Shown here: positions 9,682 to 21,000 of the stretch, piece by piece
Layout of the letters: the number at the start of each line of letters is the position of its first letter
Position numbering within the stretch: the first letter of the stretch is position 1
Assembly: GCA_964526445.1 (NCBI GenBank)
Contig: CAZGIY010000003.1
Coordinates: 1 to 43,230 of the forward strand
Source: an uncultured Candidatus Poseidoniales archaeon
GTDB lineage: Archaea; Thermoplasmatota; Poseidoniia; Poseidoniales; Poseidoniaceae
DNA length: 43,230 nucleotides
Direction of reading: 5' to 3'
Notes under the pieces: model-generated
What the model was told of the DNA's origin: nothing
Database searches by the model: none
Seen by the model: the letters and a program-made list of their open reading frames with translations, nothing else
Program-made: the position numbers and the translations under genes

Positions 9682-11053
9682 CTACACTCTGAAACAAGGT
9701 GTCAATAGTTGATACTGAACTATCGGCATTTGCAGAAGAACGAATCTCATCAGCCCTTCTTATTCCAATACTGGGAAACTCTAGATTATACATAGACAGC
9801 ATGTGCTCCTTTCGCAGTTCTTTCAGCAGTAATGTCTCTGCTTCGGACATTGCTGTATGCCTATTGAAATTCATTAAGAGATCACTTTCACGGGGATCGA
9901 TAATCGAACCATTAGCAAAAATTCTGGCCCTGTTCAACAAACCGTGTTCCGGAGGCTTTCCGCAAGAATCTGTTAGTTTCTTGATATTTTGCTTGTATAA
10001 TTCATCAGGGAATCTCCCCCCCACATCAGCCCAATGATAGAGAATTGACTTGGTAAGTATCGAGGCCCGTTGCAGCATAGAATTGATATTTCCAATTCCG
10101 TTATCATTGTCAAACAACTCTCCCTCAGAAACCCCTTTGGATGTCAATATACCAAGGACCATGATATTGTTCAATTCAATTTCCCCATCTAAATGACCGA
10201 CATTGCAAATGTGGTGGATGAGTCTATCGACCATTTCCTCTCCATGTTTATTGAAAATGTATCTATATGTGTAATTCTGTAATTCAATATCATCTTTCCA
10301 GCCATGGTTCAACCCCATCTGCATCCAGAAAGCGGGGAAGAATCTTCCCATTATATTCTCTACAGAAATGAAAATGCCTACTTCCTTGAAAGAATTTGCA
10401 TCACGTTTGATTATGAATTCGTTGAAAGTCTCCAGAATTCTATCATCCAAAATCTCTCCCATTCTAATTGATTCAGATTCTTCAACAAGTTTTGGATTGC
10501 GGAGAAATTCCTTCCATTTATCTTTCATAGTCAACAATTCTTGGGAGCCTGAATCATCCTTGGATTCTGTTGTTCCAGAACCTGCAGCTCGCGCAAATGT
10601 TGCTAGCAAATATGCTAAACAGTATACAGTTACGATGAATGACGCACCAGTAATTAGTGACATGACCAGAGGGGCCTCTGCCCATTCACCAATTTCTCGA
10701 GGTGAAGCAGAACGGATTGTATAATAAGTAGCGATTCCAAATGCAGCAAAAATTGAGATCGTCATATATCTGGTGAACGAACCGGAGGATTGGGAATGAG
10801 ACCCCATCTTGTTTTGAGCAACACCAAAGAGTAAACTCGTGTTCACCACAAAGATGATCGAGATGAATATCGCTGAAATCAATATTCTCACGATGTCAAT
10901 TTGCCAGTCAGAAAATTGTATCTGGACGTACTCTGTACTGCGCTTCATGAATATCTCAGAAATGAACCACATTGGCAGAAATAGCAACATCAGCACCGTC
11001 GATACTGTTGGATAATCACTGATTGCAAGGTTTGGGTTTCTATCCGATGCCAA
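9674..11053 (-). CDS. Membrane protein (459 aa): about 4 N-terminal TM helices and a soluble C-terminal domain
   Basis: Four hydrophobic stretches in the first ~155 aa, then a hydrophilic domain. GGAGGTGA Shine-Dalgarno-like motif upstream. Confidence 0.8.
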   Translation of the reverse strand: MASDRNPNLAISDYPTVSTVLMLLFLPMWFISEIFMKRSTEYVQIQFSDWQIDIVRILISAIFISIIFVVNTSLLFGVAQNKMGSHSQSSGSFTRYMTISIFAAFGIATYYTIRSASPREIGEWAEAPLVMSLITGASFIVTVYCLAYLLATFARAAGSGTTESKDDSGSQELLTMKDKWKEFLRNPKLVEESESIRMGEILDDRILETFNEFIIKRDANSFKEVGIFISVENIMGRFFPAFWMQMGLNHGWKDDIELQNYTYRYIFNKHGEEMVDRLIHHICNVGHLDGEIELNNIMVLGILTSKGVSEGELFDNDNGIGNINSMLQRASILTKSILYHWADVGGRFPDELYKQNIKKLTDSCGKPPEHGLLNRARIFANGSIIDPRESDLLMNFNRHTAMSEAETLLLKELRKEHMLSMYNLEFPSIGIRRADEIRSSANADSSVSTIDTLFQSVGE

Positions 11054-11057
11054 TCTT

Positions 11058-12224
11058 TCACCTCCACAAAATTATGCCATCAAGTTCTACAATAATCGAG
11101 TTTGTATCTGATTCTGCTGCCAATGCATCAGTATCATCTATGAATATCGGCGTCATTCCTGGAAGGCGCTCCATCCTATCTCCCAAGATGATTTGCATCA
11201 ACCTTGGAGGGCACCAGACCCTAAGTACTGGCCATCGCAAGTTGTCAGATATGTTGACATTCGAAGAAAACAACTCATGGATACTCTTGAAGCGCTGTGG
11301 GACCCAAGTAGTTTCTGCGACACTGATCAAAGAAGACAAGTCATCAAGAATAGCCTGAAAACTACCCTTCTGTCGCCATTTCTCCTCAGTGGAATCAAAC
11401 ATCTTTTCCTTCCTCCCCAGGCCTGAACTTTGCCATACTGACACCAGCGAAGAATTGTTTGCAATGCTATGAGGCCATCCATACTTGATAAGAAAACGTC
11501 CAGAGATTTCTTCACTTGTCTCGATATAATGATTACTAATCAATTCAGGATGAGACCGTTCGAGCCTTCTTTTCAGTGCTGATGTCAGAATAATCTGTGT
11601 TACACGAAATCCACCTTGAAGCTCACGATCAAATCTGACACTTGAATGCTGATCAAGGATCAATCGGAACCCCATTCCGCTGGTAGCCAACATTGAATCT
11701 GAACGGAAAATGCAATCTGGCGGGTTGTATTTTCCCTGAACCAAAATGTTTCCATCTCGATTTTCTGTTGGATGTCGATTAACCAAGCAATTAGCACAAG
11801 TGGGTTCTGACGGGTCATTTTCAATCAACATCTGCTTCATCATAGGATATGTCCTTGGTGAAGAATCATGACTTGTGTAATCAATAGACTCGTTCTTACA
11901 ACCGAAACCTGTGATTAGTGAATCGAACCATATACTGGGCTCATCCAATTCATCTTCTATTTCTGAATATATTGATTTCAACGATTCATATCTTGAGTCA
12001 GAAGGTGCTTCATCATAATTATCTCCTGCAACCAACTCATTGAAGCGTTCCGATCTTTCTTCGATGAACTCAGAAATCAATACTTCTCTGAAATCGCTCA
12101 CTGAATGTAGTCGGGGTGAAGTTGCAAGTGCCCGATTGAAATGAATATATGTGGCCTTCAAAAATTGTTGCAGCCATCTATTGTCTGCCCTCATCGACAT
12201 TCTTCGTTCAGCTTGCATTCTCAC
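11058..12224 (-). CDS. Hypothetical soluble protein (388 aa)
   Basis: Long ORF whose GTG start overlaps the upstream stop (GTGA). Contains CANC plus a distal Cys. No family recognised. Confidence 0.75.
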   Translation of the reverse strand: MRMQAERRMSMRADNRWLQQFLKATYIHFNRALATSPRLHSVSDFREVLISEFIEERSERFNELVAGDNYDEAPSDSRYESLKSIYSEIEDELDEPSIWFDSLITGFGCKNESIDYTSHDSSPRTYPMMKQMLIENDPSEPTCANCLVNRHPTENRDGNILVQGKYNPPDCIFRSDSMLATSGMGFRLILDQHSSVRFDRELQGGFRVTQIILTSALKRRLERSHPELISNHYIETSEEISGRFLIKYGWPHSIANNSSLVSVWQSSGLGRKEKMFDSTEEKWRQKGSFQAILDDLSSLISVAETTWVPQRFKSIHELFSSNVNISDNLRWPVLRVWCPPRLMQIILGDRMERLPGMTPIFIDDTDALAAESDTNSIIVELDGIILWR

Positions 12225-13945
12225 GCCCCCAAAAATGGCACCATTTCCTTTAACGTCTCCATCCCTATTGTAGTGCCAACTACAACACCTTTACGTCTGT
12301 TGATTAATGATTTCATCTTAAATGATTCATCATTATTGAATGATTGCGACGCGCTCGTTGTCCGTGCAATTTCCTTCCTCAATCTGATAGAGTGTATTCT
12401 AGTTGTAATTTTTGAAATTACTTCGTCCAAATCCATCCATGCAATTGGCAACTCTTGAGTCGATTCTTGCATCTCCAATGAATTCACAATATCGTCATGA
12501 TGCTGTATGAAATTCTCTACTGGTACTCTGGCGATATCATCCATTCTTGCTCCCCACGAGGATATTCTTGAAGGTTCAAACAATTTGATGATGATTTCTC
12601 GGATATTTCTATCAATAATGTTTCGCGCTCCATCGATTGCACCCATTCTATCCATTGCAGACATAACATTTTCACCATCAATATAGATTTGAAATGGTTG
12701 ATTTGGATCAGTACTCTTGACAATATGCGCTGTATGACTCTCATCACCATAAAACCACTCTACATCACCCCTCTTTCCAAAGGAAGGATTTGCCATAATC
12801 TCACAATATCCGCGTACCATTTCCTTCCACCTTTCTGCATTGTAGTCATTGTTGATGTTCAATCGGGATAACAGAATGAGATAGTTCCGAATCTTCATGC
12901 GTTCCTCAGGTTCTAGATAATGCATCAGTAGTTTTGTGCATTTGTTCACGATTGGATGCTTTTGGGGATCTAGTAACCTTGCAGCTGCACGACTCAGATG
13001 CTCTGGTTCAAGACTCAAATGGATAAATCTAGCACCTGTGGGAGAAGATATCTCTTTACTAGTCAAACTTCTTCGATCCACGATCTTGTCTCCTGAATAT
13101 ATGGTCCAGCGTTCCTTTGAAGACAAAATGAACAGGAGAATGAATGCAGCACTATTATCCTCAAAATTGATAAGATTTGGTAAATCACCGATGAAGTTTC
13201 CTTCTCTTTTCAAGCGTTCCATGGAACGTATAGTTGCAGGTTCGAGGTCCCTGATATTCGCATTGAATACAGTACTATTCTTCCCTGACCTCAATGCGAG
13301 GGGCACGCAGAATGATGCATCGACCAGTGAATAAGAACCAATTGGTTCTGGGCAATAGATAATATCAGTTTCATTAGAATGCAATGGTCGAAGTTCAAAA
13401 TTAAGAGTGGTTTGATTGGTTCTAATATCTGTCGACACTAGGGGAGCCATTGTCAGCACCATATTCAACTTGGAATAGTGTTTCAAGAACCTCAGAACAC
13501 GTTCCTTGTCGGTAGGGACAAACATTCCTCCCTGTACAGCGAAAAACAATAGGAAGAATATGCCTATTAGTGATGTGAAGAAACTTGTATGATACAATCC
13601 TATTTCGGCAAAACTTTCCGCCAATAATCTAACTGGAAGCGAGGCAATCGAACTGAAGAAGATGATTGGCTGCAATATTTCCAATGTTCTTACTTTCAAC
13701 TTCCGTAAATGGGGAATAATCGTCATTACGAAATACAGGATGAATAGAGAGGTGCAAATAAACAGTCCAAGATAGATGTTTGTCGCCACTTCATCATCAG
13801 AGATTAGAGTGAAATAATCCGCAATCACCGCCAACTGCAGTAGACTGAGCCACAGTATTATCCTTTTGTTCTCAATAATATTTTGGGATAACCAGGCAAT
13901 TTTTGTTGCGAATATTCTTAGCTTCTCAAAACTAAACAACCCCAT
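12221..13945 (-). CDS. Membrane protein (574 aa): about 4 N-terminal TM helices and a large soluble domain
   Basis: Hydrophobic segments at about aa 28-140, then a hydrophilic domain. Overlaps both neighbours, suggesting translational coupling. Confidence 0.8.
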   Translation of the reverse strand: MGLFSFEKLRIFATKIAWLSQNIIENKRIILWLSLLQLAVIADYFTLISDDEVATNIYLGLFICTSLFILYFVMTIIPHLRKLKVRTLEILQPIIFFSSIASLPVRLLAESFAEIGLYHTSFFTSLIGIFFLLFFAVQGGMFVPTDKERVLRFLKHYSKLNMVLTMAPLVSTDIRTNQTTLNFELRPLHSNETDIIYCPEPIGSYSLVDASFCVPLALRSGKNSTVFNANIRDLEPATIRSMERLKREGNFIGDLPNLINFEDNSAAFILLFILSSKERWTIYSGDKIVDRRSLTSKEISSPTGARFIHLSLEPEHLSRAAARLLDPQKHPIVNKCTKLLMHYLEPEERMKIRNYLILLSRLNINNDYNAERWKEMVRGYCEIMANPSFGKRGDVEWFYGDESHTAHIVKSTDPNQPFQIYIDGENVMSAMDRMGAIDGARNIIDRNIREIIIKLFEPSRISSWGARMDDIARVPVENFIQHHDDIVNSLEMQESTQELPIAWMDLDEVISKITTRIHSIRLRKEIARTTSASQSFNNDESFKMKSLINRRKGVVVGTTIGMETLKEMVPFLGA

Positions 13946-14225
13946 CCAAATTCCCCCCAGTCATCAACAAGAAAGATACAGGAGCGATATTTTCTGTTAT
14001 TTCTATACTTGTCAATCCATTATCATGCATCAAGATGCTGACCTCGATTCTCAACCTCCTTCTTGCAACTTCCAACTTCTTATCATAGGATACTTTCTTT
14101 CCATCCGCAATTCTATCCTCTATCCGTTCAAGGGCCCTCTCGGCACGAGAAATTTCTAGGGCAGTCTGCCTTCTGAAAATATATGAACCTTCAAGAGCTG
14201 AGATGAAGGCCCTGATATCAATCAT
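13932..14225 (-). CDS. Small helical/coiled-coil hypothetical protein (~97 aa)
   Basis: Track ORF 13932..14243. ATG at 14225 (MIDIRAF) is preferred because GAGGAG lies upstream and it overlaps the stop of a small upstream ORF. Confidence 0.65.
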   Translation of the reverse strand: MIDIRAFISALEGSYIFRRQTALEISRAERALERIEDRIADGKKVSYDKKLEVARRRLRIEVSILMHDNGLTSIEITENIAPVSFLLMTGGNLDGVV

Positions 14226-14328
14226 CTTTGACACTCTCCTCAAGGACCTTTTTCACTTCATCCAAACATACCGCAATGAAATTATCAAGATTAAAATCCT
14301 CAGTGTTGTGGCCATTCACGTTTGTCAA
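14218..14328 (-). CDS. Putative 36-aa small acidic protein (MTNVNGHNTEDFNLDNFIAVCLDEVKKVLEESVKDD)
   Basis: Found manually. GGAGG lies 8 nt upstream of TTG at 14328, the stop overlaps the next ATG (ATGATTGA), and the ORF fills the intergenic gap. Confidence 0.45.
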   Translation of the reverse strand: MTNVNGHNTEDFNLDNFIAVCLDEVKKVLEESVKDD

Positions 14329-14347
14329 GAATAACCCTCCTGCTCAG

Positions 14348-14971
14348 TTATTTGAGCCAGAGTTCTGAAACTTTTTGATACTCCTTGCCACTGATATCCA
14401 ATGCGCTCATGGCCTTACTCAGTGCTTGCTTGGAACGTGTCTTGATATCATCAAATTCAGATTTCATGATTTCATCAACAGTCTTACGGTCATGACCCCT
14501 TTCAACTTGTGTGAGAAATCTCTTCTGCGCAAAATATGACCAAAAACTCTTCATATCGTCAGAAATCGCCGAAAGTAAAGCAGAAAACTTGTGCATTATC
14601 GGCATCAATTCTGATTGAGCAGCAACTTGTTTCTCACCATCTGTTTCCATGGTATCAATCCTGTTTTGTGAAATGTTCAAATCCCTTCGATTATCTTCAA
14701 TCTCTTCAATATGCGATTCAAGACTCTGATCTATTTTTTTCAACAGATTTTCTACCTCCACAAGTTTTTTCTTTGCTATCTCAATCCTCTTGTCCCGTGT
14801 TTTTTGAAATATCGTAGAATACATCTTCTCATTGGGTAAGTTGTAATCATTCAACCGTCCCCGCGTTAATAATTCTGGACTTTTGTTAATTATATAATTC
14901 CTCAATAACAGCAAACCAACACCGACGCCCGCACCGATGGCAGATCCAATCAACAACGAAACGACATTCAT
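14348..14971 (-). CDS. Single N-terminal TM anchor plus coiled-coil protein (207 aa)
   Basis: Gly-rich hydrophobic N-terminus (LLIGSAIGAGVGVGLLLL) followed by an E/K/L-rich heptad region. Confidence 0.8.
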   Translation of the reverse strand: MNVVSLLIGSAIGAGVGVGLLLLRNYIINKSPELLTRGRLNDYNLPNEKMYSTIFQKTRDKRIEIAKKKLVEVENLLKKIDQSLESHIEEIEDNRRDLNISQNRIDTMETDGEKQVAAQSELMPIMHKFSALLSAISDDMKSFWSYFAQKRFLTQVERGHDRKTVDEIMKSEFDDIKTRSKQALSKAMSALDISGKEYQKVSELWLK

Positions 14972-14992
14972 GCTACCAACAAAGAGTTATTG

Positions 14993-15008
14993 CGTTTTAA
15001 GTTTCCTA
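14993..15008 (-). promoter_or_regulatory. Putative BRE/TATA element for the 14971-7327 gene block
   Basis: Minus strand reads GGAAACTTAAAACG, with TTAAAA about 24-29 nt upstream of the ATG at 14971. Confidence 0.4.
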
Positions 15009-15015
15009 AAAGTGG

Positions 15016-18000
15016 TTAATCTTTCTCTTTTCGTTTCAGCAAACCTGCAGTGATTAACCACTGGGAAATAACGGGCCAAAATTGCCAAATAATTATGCCA
15101 GCCGCTCCAGCGCCGAAAAAGTACACTACTTCTATCATTACTTCTGGATCCCTGATAGTATTATCTTCATCCCTAATCAAGAATACACCTGTTGGGACCT
15201 CCTCGATATCGCCATCACCATGCATACATCTTATGTCACAACTAATCGCAGTCACTTCAATGGCTGCATATCGTTTCTCTAGATTCAACTTTGACAGATT
15301 TTCGGAACCCATCTCATGGCAATCCTCTAATTTCCCCTCCCCTGTTCTTCGAATCCAATCATTAAGTTCCTTGGGCAAATTGTTTCCATTCTGACACATC
15401 ATGTTGATTATTACAGGATCAGAGCCAACGAATGGTATCAAGGAAAATCTAAGCCCCACCTGCAACGCGTAATCAAAATCAAGAAGATTGGACAAACAAT
15501 ATGCAGGGCCATAGTTTTCCAATGTATCCTCAACATAATTGAATTCTGAGTTGTCAATGACATCGATAACCTCTGTGCAAGCAGGAGAAAGATCGGGGAT
15601 TGATGAAGGAGTGCGAATGATATCTATTTGATTACCAACTTCCCTGAAGATCATATCGTGACTATACCCATACTCGTCAGTGTAACGTATCAAGAAATCA
15701 ACATTCTTCAACAAAAAGAATGGAAGGCCTATTCTCCCGCTATCCCAATCCCAATTTTCAGTCAATATCAATACGCCTTCTTCGTCTGTAAGTTTTAACG
15801 ATTCAATTCTCAGACTAATTGTATTACTGTTTGCATTTCTAGATACCTGCCAATATGGACTCTCTCCAAATTTGCCAAATCCACACTCCCATTTCACTGT
15901 GAATTTGTCAAAACGATTTGATTCTACATTCCACCGTTCTCCTATCAATGAACACTCAGAATCTCGTAGACTCATCTCTTGAGCCTCCAAAACTCCTTCA
16001 GGTTCAAGACTGAGAATCGAGTCATCAGAAATATCCAGGCTGATATTCACCTGTCCATTGAAATTCAGTTCACCGGTCTCTGCTATGGACATCTCTGTCC
16101 AAGACCACTCCCCTGATACTGAAAACATATTGACATCAAACAACGATATCTTGAATATGATTGAAGGCCCATATGGGTCTTCAATGGAGAATGAATGGTT
16201 TATCCATGCGTTATTACTATTGACACCAACCTGTTCCCACACACTCACCGAGAATTCTACGCCGCCCTTAGATAGTTCATTCAAGGAAAACTCCTGTTTA
16301 TTGTTGGTCACCATGGCATCAATATCATCTCCAACGACATGTCCTATTATGAACGTTCTTTCAATATCATTTTCATGCGGCCAAATAATTGATAGATTGA
16401 TTCGATTTGATGAATCAGTATCCTCTCTCCGGTAAAAACAAACAATGTCAGAATTGATCCCGGAATCATACTCCGAGCCTAAATCACAAGAATTACCGGC
16501 AGGGTTCATGACCACTATTTCCCTGACCATGAGAGTGTCAGATACTGTCAAATTGATTCTATGAACAAGTTTCCTACCCGAAGTAGAAGTTACTTCAATC
16601 GTCAATGAATTATACTCATCACCTTCTTCACTCAAAGAAATTACATAGTTCTGACCAGACTCATTAACCAAGAAACTCCAATCAGAATCATCTCCGAATC
16701 TGTAGCGAATTTCCTCTAGACTTTCTTCCTCGATGCTAAACACAATTTTACAATTCTCAACACAACGTACGAATTCATAATCAGAAACATATCCCTTTGA
16801 AGCATCTACTTCTATGTGAATAACTGGATCGTGGAAATCTAATTCCAGCACGAACATCTTCCTGACTGAACGCCCTAGTTCGTCATACTGCAATACTTCA
16901 ATTCTCTTTATTCCATCCGACAATTGACTTCCAAAACCGTCCCAATCTGCAGTATCCAATGCGCTAAAGCCCATTTGCCATGGTTCCCATTCCATAGATG
17001 AGCAATGCTCCTTTTCACAGACGCGGAAATCGAACGTCGAATCCAAAGGCGTTTGATCTTGAGTATCAATGTTTTCAAATCCAATCACACCATGTTGAGT
17101 CATCAATAATCTAGAGTTGAAGTAATCACAAGTATTCGAGACAGAGTTACATGTGTCATCAGAAAATGAAACATCGAGAGTGTCTGAAATAATGATTGAG
17201 AATAATAATACTGCCACCTTCCCAGTTGCATCCTTTGCAGATACACGTACGTCGAAAACCCCTGCCCCTTCGTACTCAGCCAAGGGGATTGTCATGAGGT
17301 CTTCGTACTCGCCCACCGACACATTATTGATCCAGCCCTCAATATTTACTAATTGAGAGCGAGCGATTGAATCATCACTGGTGGTCAAAGACAACTGGCA
17401 AAGAGACGTCAAATAGTGTATCACTTCTTCATCTGACCATCTGCAAGTTCCAGCATTCAAGATTATCGATGGTATTTCATTATCAATGAATAGAACTTCA
17501 TTAATTATTCTAGTATTCAAAGCCACATCGGTAGCAGATACAGTTATATTTACGTATTCAGAATTACAGTTTTGAACATATGTCATATTCAATTGATGCG
17601 TGATATTGTTTCCACTCAAACCAACATTTGACAGAGGATTGGAGCCTTCACATTCAAGAGTGACACTGGCATGATTGATTCCATTAATATCAGTGATAAT
17701 AATCGCAAATGAGCCATCATGATCAATAATTCCGGTGTCGAGTGAGGACCCCAGAGCTCCCGAAACCGATGATGATACGATGGTTGGCACAAGTCTATCT
17801 ATCAACACCTTAAACAGCCTTTCATTAGGGTTACCAAAAGCATCAGTGGATATTATAGAGACATTGAACACTGTTCCATCTACCATAGGATTTGGATTGT
17901 TGATGTTAATGACTGAATTGTTGAGGAATGCACGGATACATCCATTGCAGGGGCTAGAGGCTCCCTCCAACTCAATTGTCCAATTGGTATGGAATGATGA

Positions 18001-21000
18001 CTCGTCACTAATGATGCAGTTGATATTGACGTTTTGAAGAACAATTAGAGAATGATTGAAGCCAATACCATTTGCAGAGCAATTGATTACTGGCTGTGAA
18101 ATATCCATGAATATTGTCAGATTTTTCTGATAGGAATTTCCAAAACTATCGTTCGCAAAAAATGTCCAAACACTAGAGGTGCTAAGGTCAAAATCTGCGG
18201 CCTCAATACCATTTTCTTCAATGGGTTGGCCACTTGAAGGCACCATAACTAGGCTCTCAATATTGGACATAGTATCAGTGCAAGATACGTTAACAACAGT
18301 AGAATCGTCCAATATCCAAGTATTTCCAATCCCCTGTTCGCCCTCAATTGTACATACAGGTGCATCAACATCCCACAATACCGTTCTATTGACCCACCTG
18401 TGCAAGTTCACTCCATCAGTGAATTTCATACTGAAATTGGCAAAGGTCAAAGAAGATGAAAGATTGGTACTGACATTAATCGACCATTCATTCATCACTC
18501 CCGGAACCAAATCACAGGTTATCGTCGCACCGCTGGTAGTATAATTACAATCCAGAGAAATGGGCATCTGAGGGTCATTGATTGATACTGTCATCTCAAC
18601 ATAATCCTTACCAATATAGACTGTTGTTCCATAAACAATAGTGGGTGAAAATACCGCCACATTTGGAACAAAGACATCATACCTCTTTTCAACAGAATAA
18701 TGAGTGGTATTGAAACTGCCCACACAATCCACCACAGTAACATTTACTGCAGTGATCGATGAAGATAGAACCCAAGTCCAATGCGTGATAGCCCGAGTCC
18801 CTAGGGCTCCATTGAAATAGACTTCAATATCGGTATTGTTGCAAGTTGGATCGAAGGCATTGACTTCCACAAGAGTTGTAGGAAGGGAACCCTGCACCAT
18901 AATTGTCGCATCATCAATCTCGATTAATGAATGATCGATAATCGAATGTTGCGGTATGTCCGAATCGATTGTGATGTAGAAAGATAGATTTCTTGAATAC
19001 CCCAAAATGGAATGGGCCCATACATCGATTGCGCGCGTGCCAGGAGATAAACCGGACAAGATGAATTCTCCTTCGAATGAAGAAACATTGGCACCTCCGT
19101 CTATGGAATAGTTGACATGAGATACTGACTGATTCGCAGTGACATTGAGCAATACATTTCCTTTCCCATAATTGGAGAAACTGTAATTCGCACCAAAGGA
19201 GTTATTCAAATATTCAAACTCAACTAACAAATCATCATGTACATGAACAATAACAAATGTGGAATCATCACTGTTGTTTAAAGAATCAACACCCGAGCAA
19301 ATAATCACACCATGACTGCTAATGTTACTTATTTGGCCGCCATTTTCAATGGCATTGCCGATGTCACTCTCTACATCAACTGTCATAGAGGAATACAATG
19401 GATGTTGGCTGTAGTTACAAGAAATGATTGAGTGTATTGATACGTATACAACGTCATCTACCTGTACGGCAAACTGAAGATCAAGTAATGGGGGCACCAT
19501 TTCTCCGACAAAACTCAGATTTCTCGTGAATAGAGTACTGCGACCTACAATATTTATTGCCAATATTGAGATTTGGAGAGATTGAATTGATTCATCTGCA
19601 ATACTACATCCGGGAGTTCCAATAAGAGAGCCTATGGTGAAATTGTCGTTAAATGAGAAAGTTGAGAGATTATATAGTTGGGTGCAATTAACATTGCCAT
19701 CGCTAATGGTGATACTATAGGAAGAAATTACTGTCAAATCTTCAGAGACCTGTAGAGTCAGATTCGTTTCAGAGCCTAGTGTCAATATTCCATTCCAAGA
19801 AAGATTGATTTGTGGTGAACTGAGATCAATTATCACAGTCACATTGACGTAAGTGCTTCTTTCCAATGCATCCGTAACAACCGTTTCAAAAATAATCAAT
19901 CCGCTCCCTGAACCGATGTAGACACGCGAATTATTTGAAGTGAAATTGCCAACTGACATATTTTTCATAGAAACAGTGAAGGGTAAATTATGGGGACTAT
20001 CTACTATGAGGTCTATGTATCCGTTTGATGATAAGTTGTGATGCAGATCAGTAGCACTTGATCTAGACTGCGACCATTGTGAAGAATAGAAGTATCGATA
20101 ACTGTATATTGCTTGATTACCATGTAAATCAATCGCCTTTACATCAATATCGTGGTATCCAGTTAAGTTGTGCAGGGTGGCGTAATTGATCCAGTTTGAA
20201 TTATTGTTGCAGGTGTGGTAATCACTTCCATTGTCAAGAGTCACACAAAGAATTGCAGCAGACTCACTTAGTCGGAAACTGATGATTGAGTTATTCGTCA
20301 CATTGTCTAGATACATGTATCGTGAATCATCCCTATCTAGATGTAAACCCTCGACTAAATCATCAACATAAAAGGAAATGTTAGCCGTTAGTTTCTCACC
20401 GGAGTCACTTAGAGCGTCAATTATGATATCTCCTTGTGATCCATGTGTGAAATTACCCTTTGATGCAAGAGTGAAACCGCAGCTGGTAAGATTCTGACAC
20501 AACAGAATTGTTGAATTTTGGTACAATATGCTGAAGTTGATATACTGAAACCCGGAATCATCAGTGAGATTCAGAAGTAACGAGTTGCTACTACTTGTAC
20601 CACTTGAGACTAGGCCACTAATAACATACGATGGGGGAGATACATCCCTAACGATGCTCCTGTTCTGCGAGGCATCGTTGCCCAGACAGTCACGAATAGA
20701 AATGTGCAGAGTCTCATTGTTGACAATTCCAGGAGGCATGGAGAAAGTGAATGTATCATCTGAGAGATTGAGACTGCCATTCTGCGAGGCAATATTGAAA
20801 TCAACTAATATCCAATTACATGGATTGCTATCTAATGTTACCAACGCACTTGAACCATTGGCAAGCATAGTGCGATTGATGTTATCAATACCTGGGGCAT
20901 CAAACCATGGAGTGTAAGGTCCCACAGTAGTCTTGGATGTCAGATTTGTTTCAACTGAATAATGCAAAATAGTGAACAGCACAGATGATGGTGAACTGGA

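Noticed and set aside
14244-14256. G-AAA-AAG as a programmed -1 frameshift site
   Set aside because: The -1 frame hits TGA almost immediately. The downstream gene is in the +1 frame and has its own SD-like motif.
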